Shown piece after piece: positions 8,560 through 18,896 of a stretch of 46,951 nucleotides of DNA (its first letter is position 1; each line of letters opens with the position of its first letter). The DNA is from Candidatus Scalinduaceae bacterium (lineage in GTDB: Bacteria > Planctomycetota > Brocadiia > Brocadiales > Scalinduaceae). A program made the position numbers and the translations under genes. The notes beneath the pieces were generated by a model. It ran no database searches. It was given only the letters and a program-made list of their open reading frames with translations, and had not been told where the DNA came from. The DNA lies in assembly GCA_046759445.1 (NCBI GenBank), contig JBHICG010000023.1:1-46951 (forward strand), in the 5' to 3' direction.

Positions 8560-9780
8560 ATGAAGTATGAAATTGTTACTGATTATCAAGCATTCCGTAA
8601 ATTGAGAAGTGAATGGAATGCTCTTTTAAGTAAAAGCCAGGCTAATACCATTTTTCTTACATGGGAATGGTTGGATGCCTGGTGGCAGTCTTATAGAGCG
8701 ACAGAACAGCCATTTATTATTCTTTGTAGGAATGTTCAAGGAGAACTGATTGGGATTGCCCCTTTTGTACTTAATGTAGTCAAAGGAGGTTATTTTTTCA
8801 AATATAAGGCTTTATATTTTTGGGGACTCAAGATAGGTGTGAAAGAGGCCGAATACTTGGAAATTATTGCTGAAACGGGAATGGAGGAGAAAGTTTGTCA
8901 TCAAGTGGTTCAGGCTTTAAATGAAAGACGTAAGGAATGGGACATATTCTTCTATTATGAAGTTCCTGAAACGTCTATTTGTCTCCAGATAATCAGGGAG
9001 TTTGTTGTAAACCATGGCTGGTTGTCTAAGGAAACCAGCCATGGTTGCTCAGTCATAAAATTACCTGAAACCTTCGATGAGTATATCAAAAGTTTGAAAC
9101 CAAGGATGAGGACAAAATTACGTTCTCTTCCCCGAAGACTCAAGGAAAGTCATAAAGTAGAGTTTGAGGTTTGTACAGAAAAAGACAAACTTCATGAATC
9201 TATGGATTCTTTTGTTGACTTACACCAAAAACGCTGGGAAGCGGAAGATCAATTTGGCACATTTAGAGACTCAAGGCGCATAAAGTTTTATGAAATGCTC
9301 TCTCGCTATTTTGTTGAAAACAACTGGTTAACAATCTTTTCTCTAAAAGTTGATGGTGTTTACCGGGCTCACGAATTCTGTTTTTTATATAATAATAGAT
9401 TATTTGTTTTACAAGAGGGGTATGATGTCGAGTGGGAAAGGAAGGGTGTAGGTAATGTACTGAGAACCTTTGTGTTGCAATATTGTATAGAAAATAATTA
9501 TGATGAATACGATTTCCTTGGTGGGGTAACATATCATAAAAATAGTTGGGGAGTTATTATAAAAAACAGCGTTTCCATTACAATAGGTATGAGAAATATT
9601 AAAAACATGATTTTCCTTTACGCTCCAACCGTTGTAGAAAAATTAAAGGGATTGTATAGGACAATTGTTCCTAATGCACTGGTACAATGGAGAATCGATT
9701 GGATTAACGCACGCAAAGCAAGAAATATTCAAAAGACTTTGTGTCGTAAAAGATCGTTAAAACAAGCCGTAAATAATTAA
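8560..9780 (+). CDS. CelD/BcsL-like GNAT (Acetyltransf_6) protein
   Basis: EWNALL...IFLTWEWLDAWW, LHQKRW, GYD...GVG and YDFLGG...K..W motifs. Confidence 0.85.
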   Translation: MKYEIVTDYQAFRKLRSEWNALLSKSQANTIFLTWEWLDAWWQSYRATEQPFIILCRNVQGELIGIAPFVLNVVKGGYFFKYKALYFWGLKIGVKEAEYLEIIAETGMEEKVCHQVVQALNERRKEWDIFFYYEVPETSICLQIIREFVVNHGWLSKETSHGCSVIKLPETFDEYIKSLKPRMRTKLRSLPRRLKESHKVEFEVCTEKDKLHESMDSFVDLHQKRWEAEDQFGTFRDSRRIKFYEMLSRYFVENNWLTIFSLKVDGVYRAHEFCFLYNNRLFVLQEGYDVEWERKGVGNVLRTFVLQYCIENNYDEYDFLGGVTYHKNSWGVIIKNSVSITIGMRNIKNMIFLYAPTVVEKLKGLYRTIVPNALVQWRIDWINARKARNIQKTLCRKRSLKQAVNN

Positions 9781-9794
9781 ATTTCTCACTTCTT

Positions 9795-9860
9795 TTAACA
9801 AGATTCTTACGAAGAAACAGAATAAAGAAGAAAACATATAAATCTTGTTAATCCTGTCTA
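9795..9860. repeat. Inverted 9-mer repeat arms (TTAACAAGATT / AATCTTGTT-AATCCTGTC)
   Basis: 11-bp perfect inverted pair at 9795-9805 and 9841-9851, with a tandem 9-mer on the right arm. Confidence 0.55.
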
Positions 9861-9883
9861 AAATTTTATAAAGGAAATAGGTA

Positions 9884-10846
9884 ATGCCTAGGGTCAGTGT
9901 TATTATACCTGCTTATAATGTAGAAAGGTATATTGGAGAAACTCTGGATTCTGTCCTGGTTCAGACCTATTCAGATTTTGAGGTAATTGTAGTAGATGAT
10001 GGTTCTAACGATCGAACTGCTTTCATAATAAAAAAATACCAAAAGAAAAATCCTGAAAAAGTAAGACTGATCCAAAAGGAAAATGCTGGGCCTGCAAGGG
10101 CCAGAAATGTAGGTATAAAGGCATCTACTGGGGAATATATTGCATTTGTCGACGCTGATGATCTTTGGCTTCCTGAAAAACTCGAAAAACAAGTTAGTTA
10201 TTTTGAAAAACAACCACCCCAAGTAGGTATGGTTTACACAAATGCTAAAAAGTTTGATCAACAAGGTATTTGGACACTTCCCAAAAGATATAGAAAAAAA
10301 AGGGTCGAGGGTTGGATTTATAAAGACTTACTAAGGGAAAATATGATCCCGAATCAATCTGTAATGGTTAGAAAAAGATGCTTTGAGAAAGTCGGCTTAT
10401 TCGAGGAATCTCTTGATATCATTGAGGATCACGATATGTGGTTAAGAGTCGCCATGAAATATGAAATTGCATTTTTAAATGAAGTCCTTTCGCTCTATCG
10501 TGAACATTCTCAAGGTAGAAGCAAAGGTGTTGAAAAAACAATGAAACGTGCTATAGGGGTGATGGATAAACATTTAAAAATGGCATTGGGTAACATTGAG
10601 CTTGAGGATACTATTAAAAGATCATTTTCACAACGGCTTTACGAATTTGGATATTTTTATTTGAAAGAGGGAAGGATGCTAGCAGCAAGACAAATGTTCG
10701 ACAGATCTTTAGCCATGAGTTTTTGTTATAAAACCCATCTGGCAAAAATAGCTTCCTTTTTCCCTTTGAGACTGCTTAATCTATCTAATAAATTGATCAA
10801 ATCAATTTTTAAACCCCCCATAATTGTAAAATCTAAAAATATATAG
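9884..10846 (+). CDS. GT2 glycosyltransferase
   Basis: SVIIPAYN, VDDGS, ARN, FVDADD, EDHDMWLR motifs. Confidence 0.93.
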   Translation: MPRVSVIIPAYNVERYIGETLDSVLVQTYSDFEVIVVDDGSNDRTAFIIKKYQKKNPEKVRLIQKENAGPARARNVGIKASTGEYIAFVDADDLWLPEKLEKQVSYFEKQPPQVGMVYTNAKKFDQQGIWTLPKRYRKKRVEGWIYKDLLRENMIPNQSVMVRKRCFEKVGLFEESLDIIEDHDMWLRVAMKYEIAFLNEVLSLYREHSQGRSKGVEKTMKRAIGVMDKHLKMALGNIELEDTIKRSFSQRLYEFGYFYLKEGRMLAARQMFDRSLAMSFCYKTHLAKIASFFPLRLLNLSNKLIKSIFKPPIIVKSKNI

Positions 10847-10870
10847 AAACCTTGTAACTGTTCAAGTATC

Positions 10871-10898
10871 CAGTAGTCAGTAGCCAGAATTCAGAATA
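10871..10898. repeat. Degenerate heptamer tandem repeat
   Basis: CAGTAGT-CAGTAGC-CAGAATT-CAGAATA. Confidence 0.6.
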
Positions 10899-11089
10899 GA
10901 ATGGGAATACGCCTCTAACAGCTTACTGGCTTCATCAAGTTGCAGTTCCAACCCTATTTAGTTACCCTATCCTAGGTCATGTGCCAGGATCAGGTAATAG
11001 CGAGCTTCTTTCAAAGAACTTATGTTATATTCAAATAGCGAACTACGTCTGCTTTGCCCTTTTTCTTAAATGCTAAGTTTTATAGAAAT

Positions 11090-11150
11090 GGTTGCGTGTT
11101 GCGAGTTGCGTGTTTTTTATATGTCTTAACCCGCAACTCGAAACGTGAAA
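11090..11150. repeat. Inverted heptamer repeat arms
   Basis: GTTGCGT-GTTGCGA-GTTGCGT followed, after a short spacer, by the complementary AACCCGC-AACTCGA-AACGTGA. Confidence 0.65.
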
Positions 11151-11328
11151 AACCATTATTCGTAGCAGTTCAACCCCTATCAAAAATTGGTAAGAAAAGG
11201 AGTTAACTCTTTAGAGTTTTATCTTGTTTATGTTTATTCTATAAGTAAAGAGCAGATAAATTGTGAGCGAAGCAAACTAAGTTCATATTAAGTAAAGTAA
11301 CATGAAACAATAACCATAGAGATTTGCA

Positions 11329-12708
11329 ATGAAGATTGCGTTAATTCAACCTCAAGATAACTCTGGCTACCCGCCTTTGAGTGTCGCCTATTTGTCTTCG
11401 TATCTTGAGACAAAAGGTTACAAGGTACGGGTTTTTGATCTACAAATCCCAGCACAACGGCAGTCATGGCAGAAAGATATTGCAGGATTCAATCCTGGTA
11501 TAGTGGGTGTAACAGCCATGACACCGGCGATAGTCAAAGCAGGTAAAATTGGTATCACATGCAAGAAAATTCTGCCAAAAGCTATACTTGTCCTTGGTGG
11601 GTATCATTTGAGCTTTTTGCCGGAAGAGACAATGCGACAGTATATGGTCTATGATGCTGGCGTGATTGGTGAAGGTGAAATAACTTTACACGAACTGGTG
11701 AATACAGTCGAACATGGGGAGAACTTTGATGAAGTGCAGGGTCTTATTGTGCGTAAAGGTAATGAATTGATTACAACAGGACAACGCGAGAGGATAAATA
11801 ATCTTGACAACCTTCCTTGGCCTCATAAACACTATGATCTGGACTATTATCTATGGTATGGAGGTTACTCTGATATCTGGACGTTTAAGTGTGCCAGCAT
11901 GATCGTTTCGCGTGGCTGCCCATTCAAGTGTCGGTTTTGTGCGTCACAGAGGTTTTGGTCAAAGAACTACAGGTACTGTTCACCTGAATATGTAATTGAT
12001 GAGATGAAATGGCTTTCGCGACATGGTGCACGAGCCGTTTATTTTCGCGATAGTACATTTACAGTTAACAAAAAGTGGCTTATGTCCTTTTGTGAGGAGA
12101 AGATGCGTGCTGGTATCAAGATGCGATGGATTTGCAATAGTCGTGTTAATACGATCACCGAGGAGGTTATAGTTGCGATGCGAGACGCAGGACTTGAAGC
12201 AATCTACTTCGGTGTAGAGAGTGGTAGCCAGCGTGTGCTCGATTACTATAAAAAAGGTACCACTGTAGAGCAGGCTCAAAAGGCCTTTGCCTTATGCCAC
12301 AAGTACGGGATTGCCACAGTAGCTTTCTTCATGATAGGCGCCCCGATCGAGACACGTAAAGATATCGAAGAAACCCGAAAATTTGCACACGAATTGAATG
12401 CGAAGTATACCCACTGTTTCATCTACACTCCATTGCCGGGTTCAGAACTGTACGATGATTTTATCAAGCACGGCTATAAGCCTGATTTTGAACATTTCAT
12501 CTTTAATCGTGCAGTGATTCCAATTGATGGAATATCCCCAAAGGATTTGGCCACCATCCATCAAAATATAGCGGGAGAATTTAAGCATTATCCAAACCGA
12601 GGTGAGTTATGGCAGCGACGATTCCAGATCATAAACTCAGTCCATTCTTTGCGTGACATATTGTACCTTACCGGAAGGCTAACACGCCGTATGGGTTTTG
12701 CTGGATAG
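11329..12708 (+). CDS. B12-binding radical SAM protein
   Basis: N-terminal cobalamin domain (YPPLS..YL, GGYH, GEGE), SRGCPFKCRFC and GVESGS. Confidence 0.92.
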   Translation: MKIALIQPQDNSGYPPLSVAYLSSYLETKGYKVRVFDLQIPAQRQSWQKDIAGFNPGIVGVTAMTPAIVKAGKIGITCKKILPKAILVLGGYHLSFLPEETMRQYMVYDAGVIGEGEITLHELVNTVEHGENFDEVQGLIVRKGNELITTGQRERINNLDNLPWPHKHYDLDYYLWYGGYSDIWTFKCASMIVSRGCPFKCRFCASQRFWSKNYRYCSPEYVIDEMKWLSRHGARAVYFRDSTFTVNKKWLMSFCEEKMRAGIKMRWICNSRVNTITEEVIVAMRDAGLEAIYFGVESGSQRVLDYYKKGTTVEQAQKAFALCHKYGIATVAFFMIGAPIETRKDIEETRKFAHELNAKYTHCFIYTPLPGSELYDDFIKHGYKPDFEHFIFNRAVIPIDGISPKDLATIHQNIAGEFKHYPNRGELWQRRFQIINSVHSLRDILYLTGRLTRRMGFAG

Positions 12709-12740
12709 TAGATACCCACGGACTAAAAGTCCGTGGTACT
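12708..12740. repeat. REP/IS200-IS605-end-like palindrome
   Basis: GTAG at 12708, then perfect stem CCACGGACT (12716-12724), AAA loop, AGTCCGTGG (12728-12736). Confidence 0.55.
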
Positions 12741-12772
12741 CTGGCTTCACGACCGTATAGAAAAAAAGTGCC

Positions 12773-14164
12773 ATGCGTATTACATTTATTCAACCTAAAA
12801 TGGGGATATATCCACCACTGAGTATTGGCTACCTTGCTGCCTATTTAGCCGACAGAGGTCACAAAGCCTTAATATTGGATCTTCAGATTCCGCATCAGCG
12901 TGAACACTGGAAGGAACTCCTTGTTGCGTCTCGTCCTGATCTTATAGGATTCACAGCATTATCTCCCAGTATAAGTCAGGCAGGGTCACTTGCAGCGCAG
13001 GCTAAAGAGTTTTTGTCAGATATTAAAATAGTTATAGGTGGTTATCATGCAACTATAGAGCCCAAACTTACACTACTCGAATACCCTGATTTTGATTATC
13101 TGGTAATGGGCGAGGGTGAGGAAACAATGGTAGAATTATGCGAACGATTGCAGGAAGGAAAAATGGTTTATGATATGACAGGTTTAGCATGGCGAAAAGG
13201 AGAGAGTATTGAACTTGGCACAACTCGTAAGCGTATTAAGGATATCGGCGCTCTGCCTCGACCACACGACTTTTATGAACTTGAATATTACCTTGATAAA
13301 GGCAGTTTTACACATCAATATGGTTTTGGATGTGCCTCTGTAATAACATCGCGTGGATGTCCCTTTAGCTGTCGTTTCTGTGGTATTCCCGATAAATATG
13401 TGATTCAATCAGTTCAGAATGTTGCCAAAGAAATTGAAGAACTATTACGACGAGGAGCTGAAGGAATATTTTTTCGTGATAGCACGTTTACGGTAAAACG
13501 TGAGTGGGTACTCGAATTTTGCGAGGAAATAATGCGACGTCGTTTACGTTTTCCATGGGTGGCCAATGCGCGGCCGGATCTGGTGGATGAAGAGCTGCTT
13601 TGTCAGATGAAAAAGGCGGGCTGCTTTGCCCTTTGCTATGGTGTTGAGTCAGGACAGGATCATATCCTTGAGTACTACGGAAAGTGTCATACAGTAGAAG
13701 ATACTCGACGGGCTATAGCATTAACAAAGCGTGTGGGAATTAGAATAGTTGCCTATTTTATGCTTGGTGCAATAGTAGAGACTCGTGCTGATATAGAAGC
13801 CAGTTACCAACTGGCCAGGGAACTTAATACTGATTGGACTATCTGGAAAATATTTATTCCTCTACCAGGTAGTGCAATTTATAACGAGTTTAAAGAGAAG
13901 GGGATATCCCTGGATTTTGATAAGCTTTTAACAGACAAGGCTACGGTTGCACTAGTTGACATGACTAAAGAGGAGATTGAGAAGCGGCATGACGAGTTAT
14001 CAAAAGAGTTCACGTATGTGCGCGATAACCGTTTAAGGGCATTCTTACGTCAAATGCGTCGAGTTGACTCTCCCAAGGATGCATTGCGACTTGGACAGCA
14101 TATAGCAAGAAGTGTAGGACGAAAGATAACAGCAAAATCATTTGCTCCGTCTAAATGTGATTAA
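12773..14164 (+). CDS. B12-binding radical SAM protein (paralog of upstream gene)
   Basis: YPPLSIGYL, GGYH, GEGE, SRGCPFSCRFC, FRDSTFTV and GVESG. DLQIP-x-QR is shared with the upstream gene. Confidence 0.92.
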   Translation: MRITFIQPKMGIYPPLSIGYLAAYLADRGHKALILDLQIPHQREHWKELLVASRPDLIGFTALSPSISQAGSLAAQAKEFLSDIKIVIGGYHATIEPKLTLLEYPDFDYLVMGEGEETMVELCERLQEGKMVYDMTGLAWRKGESIELGTTRKRIKDIGALPRPHDFYELEYYLDKGSFTHQYGFGCASVITSRGCPFSCRFCGIPDKYVIQSVQNVAKEIEELLRRGAEGIFFRDSTFTVKREWVLEFCEEIMRRRLRFPWVANARPDLVDEELLCQMKKAGCFALCYGVESGQDHILEYYGKCHTVEDTRRAIALTKRVGIRIVAYFMLGAIVETRADIEASYQLARELNTDWTIWKIFIPLPGSAIYNEFKEKGISLDFDKLLTDKATVALVDMTKEEIEKRHDELSKEFTYVRDNRLRAFLRQMRRVDSPKDALRLGQHIARSVGRKITAKSFAPSKCD

Positions 14165-14316
14165 TAGTAAATTAAAATGCTGACTCGTTATACGTCATTC
14201 GTCTGTGGAGTAATGGAATGGTGGAATAATTGAAGAGTAGAATGGTTAAAAGTTAAGAAAAATGGATTTGTAGATTTAAAATTCCAGTAATCTAATTAAT
14301 ACATCTTTTTATAAAC

Positions 14317-14466
14317 TTATGCTTTTAAGTTAGTATGGAACCTGTTTTCCCATTCACCGTTTTGTTGTTTCTTTTGGAGCGATTCGATAAGTTTAAGTAA
14401 CCCATTTTCTACTTTATAATGGGTCTTGTCTAGCCTTTCATATTCCTCGTCAGTTATTTGGTTGTC
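14317..14466 (-). pseudogene. C-terminal remnant of four-helix-bundle (23S rRNA IVP-like) protein
   Basis: DNQITDEEYERLDKTHYKVENGLLKLIESLQKKQQNGEWENRFH with no start codon. Flanked by inverted GGARTAAT-type octamer arrays at about 14207-14245 and 14511-14533. Confidence 0.65.
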
Positions 14467-14595
14467 AATATATTTGAAGCTTAGATTGAAATACTATAAC
14501 ATTTAAGCACAATATTCCATTATTCCAATTACTTTCAAAAAATCACGAATAACGAATCCAATAACGAAACTTGAATGAAGAAAGGAGAATCTTAT

Positions 14596-15792
14596 ATGAA
14601 AAATACAAAATTGGCACCGGCAGTTGTAACATACATGTCGTATGCTGGTCTGGGAATTGTTCGAAGCTTGGGCAGAAAAGGAATTCCTGTCTATGCAGTA
14701 GATTCTGATCCCAATAAGGTGGGAATGCAGTCCAAATATTGTACTCCTTTGATTTGTCCTGATATTAACGAATCAGAGGAAAAGTTTATACAGTTTATTA
14801 TTGAGCTTGGGAAAAAGTTTGACAAAAAAGCAGTCTTATATCCAACAGGAGATAAGATGGTGCTTACCTTCTCAAAATACCGGGAAAAGTTAACCCCGTA
14901 TTATCATTGTTTAATGCCAGATGATAATCTGGTTCGTTTTCTTGTTAGCAAAGATGGTCTGGATGAAATTGCACAAAAGTACAACATACCAGCTCCCAGG
15001 ACAGCTTTCCCAGAAAATGGAGCTGATATTGAGGCTCTATCCCGTGACTTTCAGTATCCTGTTATTATAAAACCATCTCTCTCCCCTAATTGGCACAATC
15101 CAGAAATTTACAAAATTGTTGGTAAAAGTAATAAAGTTGCTGTAGCTCATTCAAAAGAAGAACTTTTGTCTTTTTATAATCGTATTGCAGCAATTAATAA
15201 AGGGATGATTATCCAAGAACTTATACCGGGTTATGATGACCAGCTCTATTATGTCTGTCTTTATTGTGACAATAATTCTGAGCCAGTAGGGATTTTTGCA
15301 GGGCAAAAAATACGGTTGTTTCCAGTTCATTTTGGTAGCGCTAGCTATGTAAAAAGTTATTATGATAAGAAACTGATAGATCTGGCTGCAGAAATGGTAA
15401 AGAACATTGGATACAAAGGTTTGTGTGGAATTGAGTTTAAAAAGGATCCAAGGGATGAAACTTACAAGTTGATTGAGTTCAATGTGCGGTTTGGCCTATG
15501 GGACATGCTTGGAGAAAAGTGCGGCGTTGATCTGGCTTATAAGGCTTATAAGGATGCTATAGGACAGCCAATCAAAAAGAAGTGGAAATATAAAACCGGG
15601 ATTATATGGCTTGCAATACAACTGGATTTTGCAGCTTTCAGGAACTATCGGCGTGAAGGGCTTTTGTCACTATTGCAATGGCTGAAGAGTTTAGTAGGGT
15701 CTAAGTCATGTGCTGTTTTTGCTTATGATGACATGAGGCCTAGTTTTTCAACGAGTTATAGATTTTGGGAAAAAAAGTTAAAGTTTAAATAA
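14596..15792 (+). CDS. ATP-grasp carboxylate-amine ligase (D-aspartate ligase-like)
   Basis: GIVRSLGRKG, YPVIIKP, IIQELIPG, GIEFKKDPRD and LIEFNVR motifs. AAGGAG RBS favours ATG 14596. Confidence 0.85.
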   Translation: MKNTKLAPAVVTYMSYAGLGIVRSLGRKGIPVYAVDSDPNKVGMQSKYCTPLICPDINESEEKFIQFIIELGKKFDKKAVLYPTGDKMVLTFSKYREKLTPYYHCLMPDDNLVRFLVSKDGLDEIAQKYNIPAPRTAFPENGADIEALSRDFQYPVIIKPSLSPNWHNPEIYKIVGKSNKVAVAHSKEELLSFYNRIAAINKGMIIQELIPGYDDQLYYVCLYCDNNSEPVGIFAGQKIRLFPVHFGSASYVKSYYDKKLIDLAAEMVKNIGYKGLCGIEFKKDPRDETYKLIEFNVRFGLWDMLGEKCGVDLAYKAYKDAIGQPIKKKWKYKTGIIWLAIQLDFAAFRNYRREGLLSLLQWLKSLVGSKSCAVFAYDDMRPSFSTSYRFWEKKLKFK

Positions 15793-15937
15793 GAATTTAC
15801 AACCTAAAGACACAAATTAAAACTGAACACTAATTAACACAGATTTACTATGAAAGATAAATATAAAAATGAATCATAAGTTATCTATGTTAATATGCGT
15901 ATTTAATAAATGGAAAATCTTGGCAAAATAAAATCTG

Positions 15938-16747
15938 ATGAGTAAACCCTTAAAATTGGCTATTCTCGTCTATCACCAGATTGTGCCTGATGATTTCCCC
16001 CTGAAATTACTTCCTCTTGACGAACAACCATATTTTTCTAGATTGAGTGAGTTTTATTCTCATCTTGACTATTTAGTAAACAATAACTTTTCAACATTAA
16101 CTATTGATGAGATTGGTAATCCTAGAAAGGAAGAACAATCATCAAAAAAGATTGCTATTACTTTCGATGATGGTCAGATCAGTGATTATACTATTGCTTT
16201 TCCTGCCATAATTGAGAGAGAAATGAAAGCTACTTTTTATATTGTTACAGATTTTATAGGTAAAAAAGGTTGGTTGAACTGGGATCAGCTCAAGGAAATG
16301 CTTAGATATGGGATGGAAATTGGATCACATAGTTGTTCTCATCGTCGTCTGTTGGATTTGAAGAAAGAGGATATTCTAATAGAATTACAAAAATCTAAGC
16401 AAGTATTGGAAGATAGGCTCGGATGTTATATTCGATCTTTCACGACCCCTTTTGGCCTTGGGAACCAGAGTATTATGGAATTAGCATTGGAAGCCGGTTA
16501 TGAGACAATCTGTACTTCTGAGGTGAAGCTTACCCAAATTAATGTAAACAAATCTATATATGGCCGCATCGGGATTAGAAGAGGAGATAATGTAGAAAAA
16601 TTTAAAGGGATAGTGGAAAAGGAATGGCAAACTATAGGAAAACTGATTATTGAAGATCGAATAAAATCATTATTGAAGCAATTACTAGGACGACGTCTAT
16701 GGTATAAATTTAGTACTTTGATGATATCACAAAGTAAGAGTTTTTAG
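15938..16747 (+). CDS. Polysaccharide deacetylase (NodB/CE4)
   Basis: ILVYH, ITFDDG, ATFYI, EIGSHSCSH and PFG motifs. Confidence 0.9.
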   Translation: MSKPLKLAILVYHQIVPDDFPLKLLPLDEQPYFSRLSEFYSHLDYLVNNNFSTLTIDEIGNPRKEEQSSKKIAITFDDGQISDYTIAFPAIIEREMKATFYIVTDFIGKKGWLNWDQLKEMLRYGMEIGSHSCSHRRLLDLKKEDILIELQKSKQVLEDRLGCYIRSFTTPFGLGNQSIMELALEAGYETICTSEVKLTQINVNKSIYGRIGIRRGDNVEKFKGIVEKEWQTIGKLIIEDRIKSLLKQLLGRRLWYKFSTLMISQSKSF

Positions 16748-17395
16748 ATTAAGGCTAACTGCGTATTACTAGAAACCTCGAATACAATGGAATTAAAAAG
16801 AAAACATTAAAATTTTGTGCCCCTTAAGAAAATATTATCTAGTTTACAGATAAAAATATTTTAGAGAATAAAAGTAATCGGTCACAGGGTACGTACATAG
16901 GAGACATGCGGGGCTTTTAATATCCCGCAATAGTCGGAGGGAAGTATTAGAAGTTTAGTCTCAATATTTAAAGTACTGTTTTATGGGTAATATTTTCAGA
17001 AGCAAAGATTAGGAACGAGCCTAAAAGGTAAAAAGGGATTTTGTGCTGATTCCATAATAAACTCTTATATCTCTTTACGGAACCACGAAGGGTGATGATT
17101 CTATTTTCGTATCAAATATATGAGAGGGTTTATTACTGACATACAATTTTCACTTAATATCCGTTGAGGAAAGATATAAATACATGTAAGTAAGAGCGGC
17201 GGTTTCTAAAAGTGAAATTTCGTAGAAAGAGCTACTCCTACAGCGAAGAAAAAGCTTTCCACAACATAAATTACTTAATAAAATGTACAGTATTTCAAAA
17301 TGATTTGCGGCAATATTAAAACCTTAAGAAAATCACATAATAAATTGGTTTCAGGGAATAAACATATTATTTGAAGCTATATTTGTCTCATTTTT

Positions 17396-18541
17396 ATGAC
17401 ACAATATGATATGATGCAGGATTTATATGATAAGTTAAGTACTTGCTTTAAAAGTATAAGTGTGTCAATGATTCCTTATTTTAGGAGATTTATACGATTT
17501 TTAGCATTACCCTATTGTTATTTTAAGTTAGTTAATTGGGAGGAATGTACAGCATCTCGCTGCCATGTCATTAAAGATTTCATATATATTTTTTTCGTAC
17601 TTAAATATTTTCCAGATAATTATTCTTTGTGCAGGCTATGGGAAAAAGACCGATCTGATTGGCGTTATTACTATGGTTCTTTTTATGATCCATATCAAAG
17701 AGGTCGATTGAGAAAAGAAGTTCAAAAAAAAGAGTATGAAATTCTTTTTGAAGATAAGTATGTATGCTATCAGTTATGCAAAGCAGCAAATTTACCTTTA
17801 CCTGTTCAATATGCATGTGTAAATCCAGAAGATGACTATAAACTTAAGATTAGATCGATATTAAATAATAATTCAAATAAGAAGATTATTATCAAACCAG
17901 TTATGGGTAAAGGGGGTAACGAAATCGTATTGGCTTTAAAAGATAATGATGAGTTTATCATTCAGACTAAAAACAAGAAAATATTATTGAATAATTTTAT
18001 ACTTCGTTCACGTTCTGTGATTCAAGATTTTATTATTCAACATAATAGACTATCTAGAATATTTCCATCAATTAATACAATCAGAATAGTTACTCTATTA
18101 ACAAAAACTAAGGATGTTATTATTATTGGTGCATTGATGCGATTCGGAGTAAAAGATGCCTTTATTGATAATACAAGTATGGGAGGGGTTGCAATAGGAA
18201 TCAACTTGGAAGAAGGTGTTTTAAATAAGATTGCTTATGATTTTAAAAGCATGAAATACTATTCACATCCTACTTCAGGATTTGTTTTTGAAAACTTTCA
18301 AATTCCATACTGGCAAGAGGTTGTGGATTTATCAAAAAAAATTCAATTAACATTTTCTTATTATAAATTACTTGGTCATGACATCGCAATTACCCCCGAT
18401 GGCCCTATTATTATTGAGATTAATGCTGTCCACGATAATGTTGGTATTGAACAAAGTTATGGTCCTATTCTTTCCAATGAAAGGTTAAGAAATGAATTCA
18501 AGGGATATGGGTTGCTAATTAATAAGATAAGTAATGGGTAG
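17396..18541 (+). CDS. Sugar-transfer-associated ATP-grasp protein
   Basis: IIKPVMGKGG, IQH, SINTIRIVT, DN...GG, HPTSG...QIPYW, LGHDIAIT...IIEIN motifs. Confidence 0.88.
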   Translation: MTQYDMMQDLYDKLSTCFKSISVSMIPYFRRFIRFLALPYCYFKLVNWEECTASRCHVIKDFIYIFFVLKYFPDNYSLCRLWEKDRSDWRYYYGSFYDPYQRGRLRKEVQKKEYEILFEDKYVCYQLCKAANLPLPVQYACVNPEDDYKLKIRSILNNNSNKKIIIKPVMGKGGNEIVLALKDNDEFIIQTKNKKILLNNFILRSRSVIQDFIIQHNRLSRIFPSINTIRIVTLLTKTKDVIIIGALMRFGVKDAFIDNTSMGGVAIGINLEEGVLNKIAYDFKSMKYYSHPTSGFVFENFQIPYWQEVVDLSKKIQLTFSYYKLLGHDIAITPDGPIIIEINAVHDNVGIEQSYGPILSNERLRNEFKGYGLLINKISNG

Positions 18542-18896
18542 TCCAGTCCGACATATATATAGTTAAAACTGAGAGGAGTTGTCTTAATGGAGATATTTGA
18601 CAAAATACTTGCATTAAAAATGAATTGTTATAGTCCTAAGTTAAAACCATTTGCTGCAATTATCAACTAAGGAGATTAAGGCCGATTTTATGAAGTTTAC
18701 TTCAACTTATTGAGACCCAAAGTAATATTACGTTGTATTTCGAAATGTGTGAAAATATAGTACTTCTTATGTAGGACAGATGTATAAAAATAATTTGTAA
18801 GCCAAGCAGATATGCAAAATGTTTGTAAAGAAAGCATGTAAAATCGGCTGAATGTTTTATATCATTGTACTTGGTACTTGGGAAAGTTTATTTTAA

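Noticed and set aside
10860..11180. CRISPR array or integron attC sites
   Set aside because: Repeats are short degenerate 7-mers without regular spacers; no convincing attC boxes, cas genes or integrase.
16880..16930. Possible IS481-like end (GTACATAGGAGACA) with small hairpin
   Set aside because: No partner end and no transposase fragment recognised.
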